In this document: positions 22,330 to 31,718 of the stretch, in pieces | How the letters are laid out: each line of letters begins with the position of its first letter | Position numbering within the stretch: the first letter of the stretch is position 1 | Source of the DNA: Chlorokybus atmophyticus | Lineage: Eukaryota; Plantae; Mesostigma and Chlorokybus algae | Length of the DNA stretch: 64,000 nucleotides | Direction: 5' to 3' | NCBI GenBank assembly: GCA_009103225.1 | Contig: RHPI01001553.1 | Location: forward strand, 1 to 64,000 | The notes under the pieces: generated by a model | Database searches by the model: none | What the model saw: only the letters and a program-made list of their open reading frames with translations | Told to the model about the DNA's origin: nothing | Position numbers and translations under genes: made by a program

Positions 22330-23698
22330 CTCCATGGCTGTTCATGTCGGTGGACTTGAAGCCCTGGAAGAAGCCTTGGACATCCCTCACACTGATGAAC
22401 CAGCGCAGGAGGGGTGGAGAATCGGCTGTATGGCCTCTGGAGGCATCAAGGCTAGGTTGGAGACTCTCCTGGAGGAGCACAAGTCGCAGTTCGCGCACTC
22501 GCTCAACTTGGGCAAATGCAACTTCCACGACTTCACCATAGAGCTGGATACCACCGGGCCTATCTTTAGCAAACAGCACCCCTTGGCCAAGGTGGAAACT
22601 GAGCTCATCAAGGCCAACTGCAAGAAGCTGTTGGATGCTGGCCTCATTGAGGAGGCCGCTCCTAGCACACAATACGCTGCGGCCACCGTCATGCCGCTGA
22701 AGAAGGATGAGCACGGGCAGTGGACACAGCGCCGCATGTGTGGAGATTACCGCAATCTCAACACCCACACAGTGCTTGATCGCTACCGTATGTACACGCC
22801 GGACGAAATCTTCGACAGCGTCGGGACCTGCAATTACTTCTCAGTCCTTGACATGCGCTCTGGCTTCCACCAAATGGGCATCCAGGACGACCACAAGTGC
22901 AAGACCGCCTTCTGGGGCAACCGGACCCTCTACCAGTGGAAGGTTATGCCGTTCGGGCTGAAGAACGCACCGGCTGTCTTTTAATGCGTCATGGACCGCA
23001 CCCTACACGGGCTGGACAACTCCAGGTGCTACATCGACGACATCCTCATCTTCACCCACACCGCAGAGTCCCACCTGCAGCACATCAAGGAGGTGCTGGA
23101 GCGACTGAAGGAACACAACCTCACGGCTCACCCTGAAAAGTGCACCTTCTTCGCCGACAAGATCCCCTATCTCGGCCGTCTCATCGTCCCTAACGGTGTT
23201 ATGGTGCAGCAGGCAAAAGTGTATGCATTACTGAAGGTGCCGTCCCCTACCGACATCTCGCGGCTACGTGCCTTCCTTGGCCTGGCCAACTACTATCGCA
23301 GGTTCGTGCTGAACTTTTCCAGGATAACCAAGCCCCGCAACGACTTGCTGAAGAAGGCAATCACCTGGCACTGGGGTGAAGCTGAGCAGCAAGCGTTTGA
23401 GGCGCTCAAGAGCCATCTTCAGTCTGCCCCCATACTGGCACGCCCCGACTACAACAAGCCATTCATCCTTCACACCGATTGGAGTCGGCTTGGGCTAGAG
23501 GCAGTACTGTGCCAAAAGAACGACGAGGGCAAGGAACAAGTTATTGCTTACGCCAGCCGGAGCAATAACGCTGCTGAAGCCAACTACAGCAGCTACGAGG
23601 GGGAGCAACTTGCAGCTGTCTGGGCCATTTAGTTCTTTCGGCCATTCCTCTTCGATTACCAGTTCGAACTGGTAACAGACCATCAACCTCTTTAATGG
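22330..23698 (+). pseudogene. pol: Gypsy A reverse transcriptase and RNase H, truncated by Copia-3
   Basis: RMCGDYRNLN, LDMRSGFHQ, MPFGLKNAP, YIDD; RNase H LHTDWS...YASR...EGEQLAAVWA...TDHQPL. Stops at 22982, 23630 and 23693. Confidence 0.92.
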
Positions 23699-26600
23699 TG
23701 TTGAAGGACTAGCATGCACATGTAGTTGAGGCAAGCATAGATGCACAGAGACAGAGCTACCGCCACCAGAGCATACACAAGTCACATCACATTCATCTAT
23801 TACAAGTTGTCCGCTGGTTCTTATACCAGCCAGTTACACACACGTCTACGTTTGCAAGCACTGCGTAAGCTATACTCAGCCTTTTAACGCGCTCTAAGCT
23901 GCGTTGTCTTTCTTACAACTGGAGCCTTCCAACAAGCTCTTACACGCCTAATATGAGTAATTATTCGCGGAGATAGGAAGCAGTTAGTAAGGCTCCTGTC
24001 TGAAGTCCAGAGTCTGGTCCGACGATGCCATCTTGCTAAGTCCGGACCTAGTGCTCGTCCTTACGACCTTCTACTCCTGTGCGGAGGGTCGATGCTGATC
24101 GTATGTAGGAATACTCTCAACACTCCCACGCAGGCAGCTTGACCTCCAACGCTTGCTCCTGTAGTCAAACACAGATGCCAAGTCCTGCACAACAAGTCTT
24201 GAACTTGAGTGGTGACAATGGCTTTGTCATGAAGTCCGCCAGCATGCCCTCGGTGTTGCAGTACTGGAACTCCACCTCCTTCCTTGTGACTCTGACACGC
24301 ACAAAGTGATGCATGACATCAATGTGCTTCGTCCTTGTCGAGGCGATAGGGTGCTTCAACAACTTGATGGCTCCTTGGTTGTCAGAGTTGATGACGATGC
24401 ACGCCATGGGGTGCTCCAAGTCTGCCATGAGCTTGCGAAGCCAGAGTGCCTCCTTCACTGCTGCTGCCGCTGCCATGTACTCAGCCTCTGATGTAGATGC
24501 TGCTGTTGTTGGCTGCAGCCTGCTGTTCCAGCTCACCACGCCTCCGTTCAGCTTGAAGACGTAGCCTGTAGTGGACCTCCTGCTGTTGAGGTCACCAGCA
24601 AAGTCCGAGTCGCAGTAGCCCTCCAACTCAGTGCTCCCGCTCCCAAACTTGATGCCAACTGTTGCGCTCCCAGCAACATAGCGTAGTACTCCCTTTGCTG
24701 CTCTCCAGTGCTCCATGCTCGGTGCAGACATGTAGCGAGCAAGTACTCCCACAGCATGTGCAACATCGGGACGTGTGCACACTGCCAGATAGAGCATGCT
24801 GCCTACCAGCTCACCATATGGATACTGAGCCTTGTCGAGTACCTCCTCATCCTTTGCCTTGATGAGGGCAGTGCCAAGTGCCAACGGTGTGGTCTTGGTC
24901 TTCGCTTCAGTGAGCCCAAACTTGGTGACGAGTCTTCTCACCATCTGCTCCTGACTGATCTTGATTGTGCGAGCCGCCCTGTCGCGCTCAATCACCATGC
25001 CAAGGAACCACTTGGCCTCTCCAAGATCACGAACTGAGAATGCTTGCTGTAGAGCAAGTTTCGTCTCCTGCAGGTGGTGCACCTGCCTGGCGGTGATGAT
25101 GATATCATCAACATACACGAGCAGCCAGACCTTATTGTCTGCATGGATGAAGAGCCCAGGGTCTGCAGAGGATGCGGTGTAGCCAAGTGCCTCCAGCTCC
25201 TTGGTGAGCTTGATGTACCACATACGCGGTGCCTGTCGCAGCCCGTACAGTGCCTTGATTAGCTTGCACGCTGTGCCTCTCTCCCCTTCTTCATATCCAG
25301 GTGGTTGCTCGATGAAGATCTCCTCCTCTAGCTCTCCGTAGAGGAAGGCAGTCTTCACATCCAGGTGATGCAGCTCTAGGTCTTCAGCAGCAACTATAGC
25401 TAGCAGTGCACGGAAGGTGGCATGCTTACTTGCAGGTGCAAACACTTCGTTGAAGTCCACACCTTCCTGCTGCAAGAAGCCCTTTGCCACCAGTCTTGCC
25501 TTGTAGCGCTCAATGTTGCCCTGACCATCACGCTTCACCTTGAAGACCCATTTCACTGGAATGGTCTTCACTCCTTGCGGTAACTGCTCCAGTGACCAAG
25601 TGTTGTTGGCATGGAGTGACGCAATCTCCTCGTCCATAGCACGCTGCCATTGCTCCGCATCTGGTGCTAACAATGCCTCCTCGTAGGTGCTTGGCTCCTC
25701 ATTCTGCACACTGGCGACGTGTGCCTTGTGTAGGAAGTCAGGTGCCTTTCTCTCCCTCACTGGGTATCTCCGAGCTGCGTGCTCCTGCTGCAGGTGCGAC
25801 TGCTTGTCTGCTACAGTGGAGTCCTGCTCACCCTTATCGTCGATGATGGCCTTGCCTGTAGCCTCCACTGTTTCAGGATGCTCCGGCTGTGCTTCATCTT
25901 CAGGAAAGAAGCCTGCTTCTGGTTGTGATAATCCCTCGTGGAAAACCACCTCTCTGCTCACGATGATCTTCTGAGTGTCCTCGAGCAAGATCCTGTAAGC
26001 CTTGGAACCCGGTTCATAGCCAACGAAGATGCCCTTCTTGCTGACCGGCTCCAGCTTGTGCCTGAGCTGTTTAGGCACTAGTGCATATGCCGTGCATCCA
26101 AACACACGCATACCACTCACATCTGGTGTGGCTCCATAGAAGTGCTCCCACGGAGTCTTCTGCTCTGAGCTCACCGGAGACCTGTTGCGGATGTAGTTGG
26201 CAGTGAGTACCGCCTCCTTCCACAAACTGTCTTCCATCTTTGTGTCGTTGAGCATGGCTCGAACACGCTCCAAGAGTGTCCTGTTGAGGCGTTCAGCTGC
26301 TCCATTCTGCTGCGGGGTGTAGGGTGCCGTTGTCTCGTGGCGTATGCCCTTGCTGGCGAAGAACTCCTTCAACTCCTTGTTGATGTACTCCCCTCCTCGA
26401 TCACTCCTCATTGCCTTCATCTTGTTGCCAGACTGCGTCTCCAACAAGGCCACGACTGTGCGCACAGCTCCAGCAACTTCTGACTTGAGCGTCAATGGAA
26501 AGATGATGGACAGCTTGCTGTAGTCGTCGAGGAACGTAGCAAAGTACCTGGCCCCTCCCTTCGCCACAATGCGCATAGGGCCACAGACATCCATGTGCAC

Positions 26601-28604
26601 AAGCTCGCAAGGATGCTGACTGCTAGAAGAGGATGATGGGAATGGCATAGCATGCTGCTTTGCAACCAGGCATGGTTCACAAAGTGCACCTGATGCATTC
26701 TTGAGTTCTTCTGTGCTGAGATGGATGCCCTTGACCATCTTCTCAGCGACAAGGCGAGTGAGGTTGACGTAGCTGAGATGCCCGAACCTTCGATGCCACA
26801 ATGTTGGCGACTCCTTGTCCTTCACCACCATGGCTTGAATGTCTCTGTCTTGAGGCTGCTCCACGTGGTAGAGCCCTCCCGGATCAGCGATTCCAACCAT
26901 GTGCACGACCCCATCAAGGATGACTGAGCAGCCACCCTTCCGAAATAGGATCTCCGCGCCTAAGCGCTCCGCAACCCTCACAGAGAATAGACTCGCAATA
27001 GCCTTAGGAACATGCAGGACGTTGCGTAACAACACCTCGCGTAGTGTGTTACCAACCTTGCACTGGAGTCGTACGTTGCCAACTCCCTCAGCCACCAGTA
27101 CTTCGCCACCGAAGCCCGCCACCTTGATTGTGGACGTCAGCTTCCTGTAGCCCTCCATCACCTCCTTGTTTGGTGTGAGATGACGATCGCAGCCAGAGTC
27201 CACCACCCAGAAAGCTGTGCCCGCCCTCGAACTGGATGCAGTGAAGGCGACATGTTTCTCCTTGTGTTGGTGCTCGTTGCCGCTGTTGCTGGTGCTTGCT
27301 CTAGGTTGCCCCTGTTGTTTCTTCCTACAGTCCTTCACAATGTGCCCCTTCCAACCACACCAGTGGCATGTGAGGTCTTTGTGACGAGGATTGCCTGGCT
27401 TGTTGCCCTTGTACTTCTCTTCATGGTTGCTCTTCTTTGCGTGCTTGCCGGTGTAGAAGGCGACGGCATCCGCTTGCTCGTCCTTCTTCACAACCCTCTG
27501 CTCCACGGTGAGCAGCTTCGGTAGCACATCGTCCAATGTCAACTTCGACGATGACGTCTCCAGCAGGGTTGCGACGACCTCGTTCTCTGCTGGTAGCCCT
27601 GCAACAATGGCCAGCACTACCTCCGTCTCCCCCATGTTGTGGCCGACGTTGATGAGGTCCGCCCACAGCTCTCTCGCGCGCGCAACATACTTCGTGATGG
27701 GTTCTGCTGCCTCCTTCCTGAGTGCGCTGAGCTGCTTGCGTAGATGCAACTTTCTGGCATCGTTCTTGGCTCTGAAAACGGCTGATAGCTTTTCCCAAGC
27801 TTGTCTACCATCTTCACATGCAGTGAGCATGGAAAAGTGATGCGGTTTGCTGTTCAACACAAGCAAAGAGTGTGCTTCTGCTGAATGCTCTGACCACACA
27901 GTGTTCGCTCCTGGTGTTGGTGGTGGTGCCTTCGGATCAACGTACTTCCACACCTTCTTATGGATGAGCAAGGCCTTCATCTCCACGCACCATGTGTTGT
28001 AGTTGTCGGTGTCCAGCTTTGCAATCTGCCCCTTGTCGTAGGTCGCCTCCATCTTTGTCGTGCATGCCTTCACTTGCAGTTGACACCCAAGGCTCTGCTA
28101 CCAACAAGCTACCGTAGTGTAGAACTACTATGCACTCAAGCTAGTCTCACACTCCTCAAGCGTAGTGTGGGCCCATAACCTGTTGAAGGACTAGCATGCA
28201 CATGTAGTTGAGGCAAGCATAGATGCACAGAGACAGAGCTACCGCCACCAGAGCATACACAAGTCACATCACATTCATCTATTACAAGTTGTCCGCTGGT
28301 TCTTATACCAGCCAGTTACACACACGTCTACGTTTGCAAGCACTGCGTAAGCTATACTCAGCCTTTTGACGCGCTCTAAGCTGCGTTGTCTGTCTCACAA
28401 CTGGAGCCTTCCAACAAGCTCTTACACGCCTAATATGAGTAAGTATACGCGGAGATAGGAAGCAGTTAGTAAGGCTCCTGTCTGAAGTCCAGAGTCTGGT
28501 CCGACGATGCCATCTTGCTAAGTCCGGACCTAGTGCTCGTCCTTACGACCTTCTACTCCTGTGCGGAGGGTCGATGCTGATCGTATGTAGGAATACTCTC
28601 AACA
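23699..28604 (-). mobile_element. Ty1/Copia element (Copia-3), inverted near-identical sister of Copia-2
   Basis: 424-bp LTRs at 23699-24122 and 28181-28604 (5 differences seen). PBS at 28167-28180. Flanks AATGG and ATGGG do not form a perfect 5-bp TSD. Confidence 0.95.
24165..28052 (-). CDS. gag-pol: Copia Gag-Pol polyprotein (ATG at 28052)
   Basis: Uninterrupted ORF almost identical in translation to that of Copia-2. Confidence 0.95.
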   Translation of the reverse strand: MEATYDKGQIAKLDTDNYNTWCVEMKALLIHKKVWKYVDPKAPPPTPGANTVWSEHSAEAHSLLVLNSKPHHFSMLTACEDGRQAWEKLSAVFRAKNDARKLHLRKQLSALRKEAAEPITKYVARARELWADLINVGHNMGETEVVLAIVAGLPAENEVVATLLETSSSKLTLDDVLPKLLTVEQRVVKKDEQADAVAFYTGKHAKKSNHEEKYKGNKPGNPRHKDLTCHWCGWKGHIVKDCRKKQQGQPRASTSNSGNEHQHKEKHVAFTASSSRAGTAFWVVDSGCDRHLTPNKEVMEGYRKLTSTIKVAGFGGEVLVAEGVGNVRLQCKVGNTLREVLLRNVLHVPKAIASLFSVRVAERLGAEILFRKGGCSVILDGVVHMVGIADPGGLYHVEQPQDRDIQAMVVKDKESPTLWHRRFGHLSYVNLTRLVAEKMVKGIHLSTEELKNASGALCEPCLVAKQHAMPFPSSSSSSQHPCELVHMDVCGPMRIVAKGGARYFATFLDDYSKLSIIFPLTLKSEVAGAVRTVVALLETQSGNKMKAMRSDRGGEYINKELKEFFASKGIRHETTAPYTPQQNGAAERLNRTLLERVRAMLNDTKMEDSLWKEAVLTANYIRNRSPVSSEQKTPWEHFYGATPDVSGMRVFGCTAYALVPKQLRHKLEPVSKKGIFVGYEPGSKAYRILLEDTQKIIVSREVVFHEGLSQPEAGFFPEDEAQPEHPETVEATGKAIIDDKGEQDSTVADKQSHLQQEHAARRYPVRERKAPDFLHKAHVASVQNEEPSTYEEALLAPDAEQWQRAMDEEIASLHANNTWSLEQLPQGVKTIPVKWVFKVKRDGQGNIERYKARLVAKGFLQQEGVDFNEVFAPASKHATFRALLAIVAAEDLELHHLDVKTAFLYGELEEEIFIEQPPGYEEGERGTACKLIKALYGLRQAPRMWYIKLTKELEALGYTASSADPGLFIHADNKVWLLVYVDDIIITARQVHHLQETKLALQQAFSVRDLGEAKWFLGMVIERDRAARTIKISQEQMVRRLVTKFGLTEAKTKTTPLALGTALIKAKDEEVLDKAQYPYGELVGSMLYLAVCTRPDVAHAVGVLARYMSAPSMEHWRAAKGVLRYVAGSATVGIKFGSGSTELEGYCDSDFAGDLNSRRSTTGYVFKLNGGVVSWNSRLQPTTAASTSEAEYMAAAAAVKEALWLRKLMADLEHPMACIVINSDNQGAIKLLKHPIASTRTKHIDVMHHFVRVRVTRKEVEFQYCNTEGMLADFMTKPLSPLKFKTCCAGLGICV

Positions 28605-28778
28605 ATGGGTAGTGTACACATAGCAGGTGTACACCCTGTAAGGGTGGAGACTCGCCCTGCACCTTGCATCTCACCAATTGATCAATTAGAGTCGACAGGT
28701 TGTCTCCGAGTTGAGTATGGGTAGTGTACACATAGCAGGTGTACACCCTGTAAGGGTGGAGACTCGCCCTGCACCTTG
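28605..28778. repeat. Two identical 62-bp direct repeats (28605-28666, 28717-28778) with a 50-bp spacer
   Basis: ATGGGTAGTGTACACATAGCAGGTGTACACCCTGTAAGGGTGGAGACTCGCCCTGCACCTTG occurs twice. Confidence 0.9.
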
Positions 28779-29414
28779 GGAATTGCATCATGTGTTCATG
28801 TGATTTTAAGTGCTGAACATGCACTTCATGCTAAAGTAGTTCCTGTCCGTCGCATGTGGTTGCATACGTGTTGACACACAGCGAGGCATGTTCATGCTTG
28901 CATGCTTACAAGACATCCGTTGCACGCACAGCAGACCACAGGCAGCAGCCTACACACTTCTCGTCAAGTGTCTAATCCTTGCACAGCTTCCCGAGGGCTA
29001 CCCGCAGCTCGTCATGCGGTGGCAGCCGATCCATCAACGTCTTGGACACCGCAGCTGAAATGTCTGCCTTAAGCTGTCGCCGCTTCGCTGCTCGTTCCTC
29101 TAGTGTGCACGACGCTGATCGCGTGGAAGCATCTGGCTAATCGGTCTGCGCAATCCCAGCTTCGTCGTTATCGGACTTGTCATCATCGTCATCGCCAGCC
29201 GGCTTCACTCCAAGGCCACGCAGGACGTCCTGCACGATGGCTGCAGTCACGGCACGCGGCAAACGTGACCATTGCAATAACAAAGTAGTATCGCATGAGA
29301 ACGAATGTGTCGTAACGCGCAAAGCCATGATGTGCGCATTACATGTATCGTTACGTTACCTGCCAGTGGACGCAACGTTAAGTGCAACAACTGAACGCAG
29401 GATGGCATCCAATG

Positions 29415-31030
29415 TCAACCATCAATAAGCCACTCACCTCGTGAACCAGTTCCTGCATCCCACAGCGCCGCCAGCAGCCCCGCGTTCATGAGCACTTCAT
29501 AACCCTCCTTCTCCGGACTCGCAGTGCACTCCGGGTTTGCCCAAGTGAGCATGCGAAGTACAAAACGGCGCCAACGCCAGGTGGGACCAGCGGCATTGGA
29601 GACCACGACCAGCAGCTGATCTGGCAAGCCCGCCAAGAGCTTCAGCACATCAGCGGTTTGGGGGCCACGCTGGCTGGACGCGCGGTCACCCCCAGCTGCA
29701 CTTGCTATGGCAAGTGCATCGGCCGGCACTGCCGCATCCTCCGCCCTCGCAACGACAGTGGCGAGGCTCTGCAAATCGCCGCCCAGGGCTTCATGCATTG
29801 CTGCATGCGTCGCAACGTATTCTTCGTGCGTAATCGCTGGCATGGGATCCGAGACAGTCATCATGCCGATACGCCGCATGTCCAGTGCAGGCAAACCAGC
29901 GACGATGCGGTACATTGCCACCCCGAGCTGCCATTTGACCGCAGCAGCTGACTGGGTCCATAGGTCTTGCAGTCCGGGGTTGTCCCTCAACGCGGTGTGG
30001 ACCTGCATCAGCACCCGGCTGCTCCGTGCTTATTGGGACTTCTGCCAGAAACAGAAGTCCCTTAGCCGCATGTAAGCCTCGGCAGCTTCGCCAGCCCTTG
30101 GCACAACAAAGAAGGGGATGAGCTGCAAGTTTTTTCGTAGCTCGGCCTCCACCTCTGGGTCAAGGTCGGTAAAAGCAGGAGGCCTTATGCTACTGGACTG
30201 CCGCCTAGACAACACAATGCTTTAAGTCAATGCAAGGTTGTATTCAGGCTCAACACGAACAGCATTAACAGTCGGACCGTACACACAACACGCAATTCGC
30301 TGGCGACGTGCCACCGCACGCATTCGACAATGCGGACCAGTATGATGCCCCAGCTTGCACACATACCTATGAACGTGGCACGCATACAGGAGGAGGTACT
30401 GGGCGTAGTAGGCATGGACTCGGCAGCCACTCCCATCGGCATGCTTGAAGGTTGGGATGTCAAGCCGTCGTAACACAATATCGAGCTGCCAATTGGTCAA
30501 TGCCTTTCATGAGCATGAGCAAAGACACAACACGAACCGTTATGATGCACCACAGAACTGAACAGCGAACTCACCCCATGGTCTCCACAGTACTGCAGCG
30601 TGACATCTTCATCGCACGCACGTTGGCCAAGTCGCAGCACCTCCTCCTTGTCGAGGAGCACGTCTTCATACTCAACCTCACCCAGAGTCATGGCTGAAAC
30701 AGAAAGGCTGTCGAGTGCTGTTTGCACGGCGGGGCAGCAGCAGTCGTACAGGAGGCCAAGCTGCACGTCTTCATGAATCCACTGGCACAGCATACCGCGT
30801 GGAGTACCCCGCAGCTCCACGGCATCCAGAACATCAGCATCATCGCAGTGCTGAGGGGGGAAGGGGAATGTCCATACCTGCAGGTGAGACGCATCAAGAC
30901 ACAACGCGCATAGCATTCACATACACATTTACCTCTGGCAGTGTGCATGTGCTGAACAAATACGGTTGCGCAATCACAAACAGTGTACGCAAGGCATAGC
31001 GAATGCGGAGGATCGGAGCCCTTGATGCGC
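29415..31030 (-). pseudogene. Uncharacterised intron-containing gene or pseudogene
   Basis: ORFs 30030-30215 and 29415-30014 are one frame split by a single TAA. Upstream ORF 30497-30916 is bounded by plausible GT/AG sites. No recognisable domain. Confidence 0.4.
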
Positions 31031-31718
31031 TCATGATGCATGCATGACATTAGGCAACAACCTCATATCGTACATGACTGCATGCACACAATCCGCATAA
31101 TCACAGCATGACATGCACTAGAGTCAACCACGCACAACCGTTAGTGCGCGCAGGCTGCGGTCAGCGCATGGCGACACTCAGCTGCATGACAACTGAGACT
31201 TCGCGCCCGAACAGGTGTACGACATGAGGCAAAGCCCACCTATGGCGTAAGCCCACTGAAGGATGCATCACTCACCGTGCCAACCATCTCACCTTCTTCA
31301 TGGAGAGCTCACCACTTGCTTCCCCTTGTGGGCCAGCGCCAAGATCCTGTTTGACACACCACACCCACAGCCTCCGCCGCAACCCGAGGAGGATCTACTA
31401 GGCGGCGGCGACAACAAACACACCGCAGTCGCTGAGGTGTATGCTGTCACTGTCGCGTGGCAGCTGCGTTTACTTGATACCTGGCACTCACCACAGGCGT
31501 CACACCACTCCTTGTGGCCATTGGATTCTCTGCTGCCATCAACACCCCATGTCAAATCATTCCCTGTGTTGATGGGCTGTCAGCGTCGCCTTGCATTGCC
31601 TGTCCGCTTTCTAGTTTTCCCGCGCTTATCAGACTCTGACAAGTCGTATCACTCGTCGAGGTGGGCGGTGTAGTAGAGGTGGGCGGCGCAGTCGAGGTGG
31701 GCGAGGGAGGCGACAGCT

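Larger units (their letters stand above)
778..23698 (+). mobile_element. Degraded DNMT-encoding Ty3/Gypsy element A (host of four nested insertions; 5' boundary uncertain; 3' part missing)
   Basis: Removing the nested elements leaves the colinear order putative LTR/leader - gag (two Zn knuckles) - long spacer - aspartic protease - C5 DNMT - RT - RNase H. Continuity across the N gap at 15790-15960 is inferred, not seen. Confidence 0.7.

Noticed and set aside
2401-28178. Numerous short antisense and alternate-frame ORFs over Copia, L1 and Gypsy coding regions
   Set aside because: Shadow ORFs of GC-rich coding sequence; their recurrence just mirrors the repeated elements.
28605-28778. CRISPR-like repeat-spacer-repeat
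   Set aside because: Only two 62-bp repeats, eukaryotic context, no cas genes.
30222-30916. Ulp1/C48 protease resemblance (DGSGCRVH, GDHG)
   Set aside because: Motifs are too weak and the catalytic His-Trp context is missing; not supportable without a profile search.
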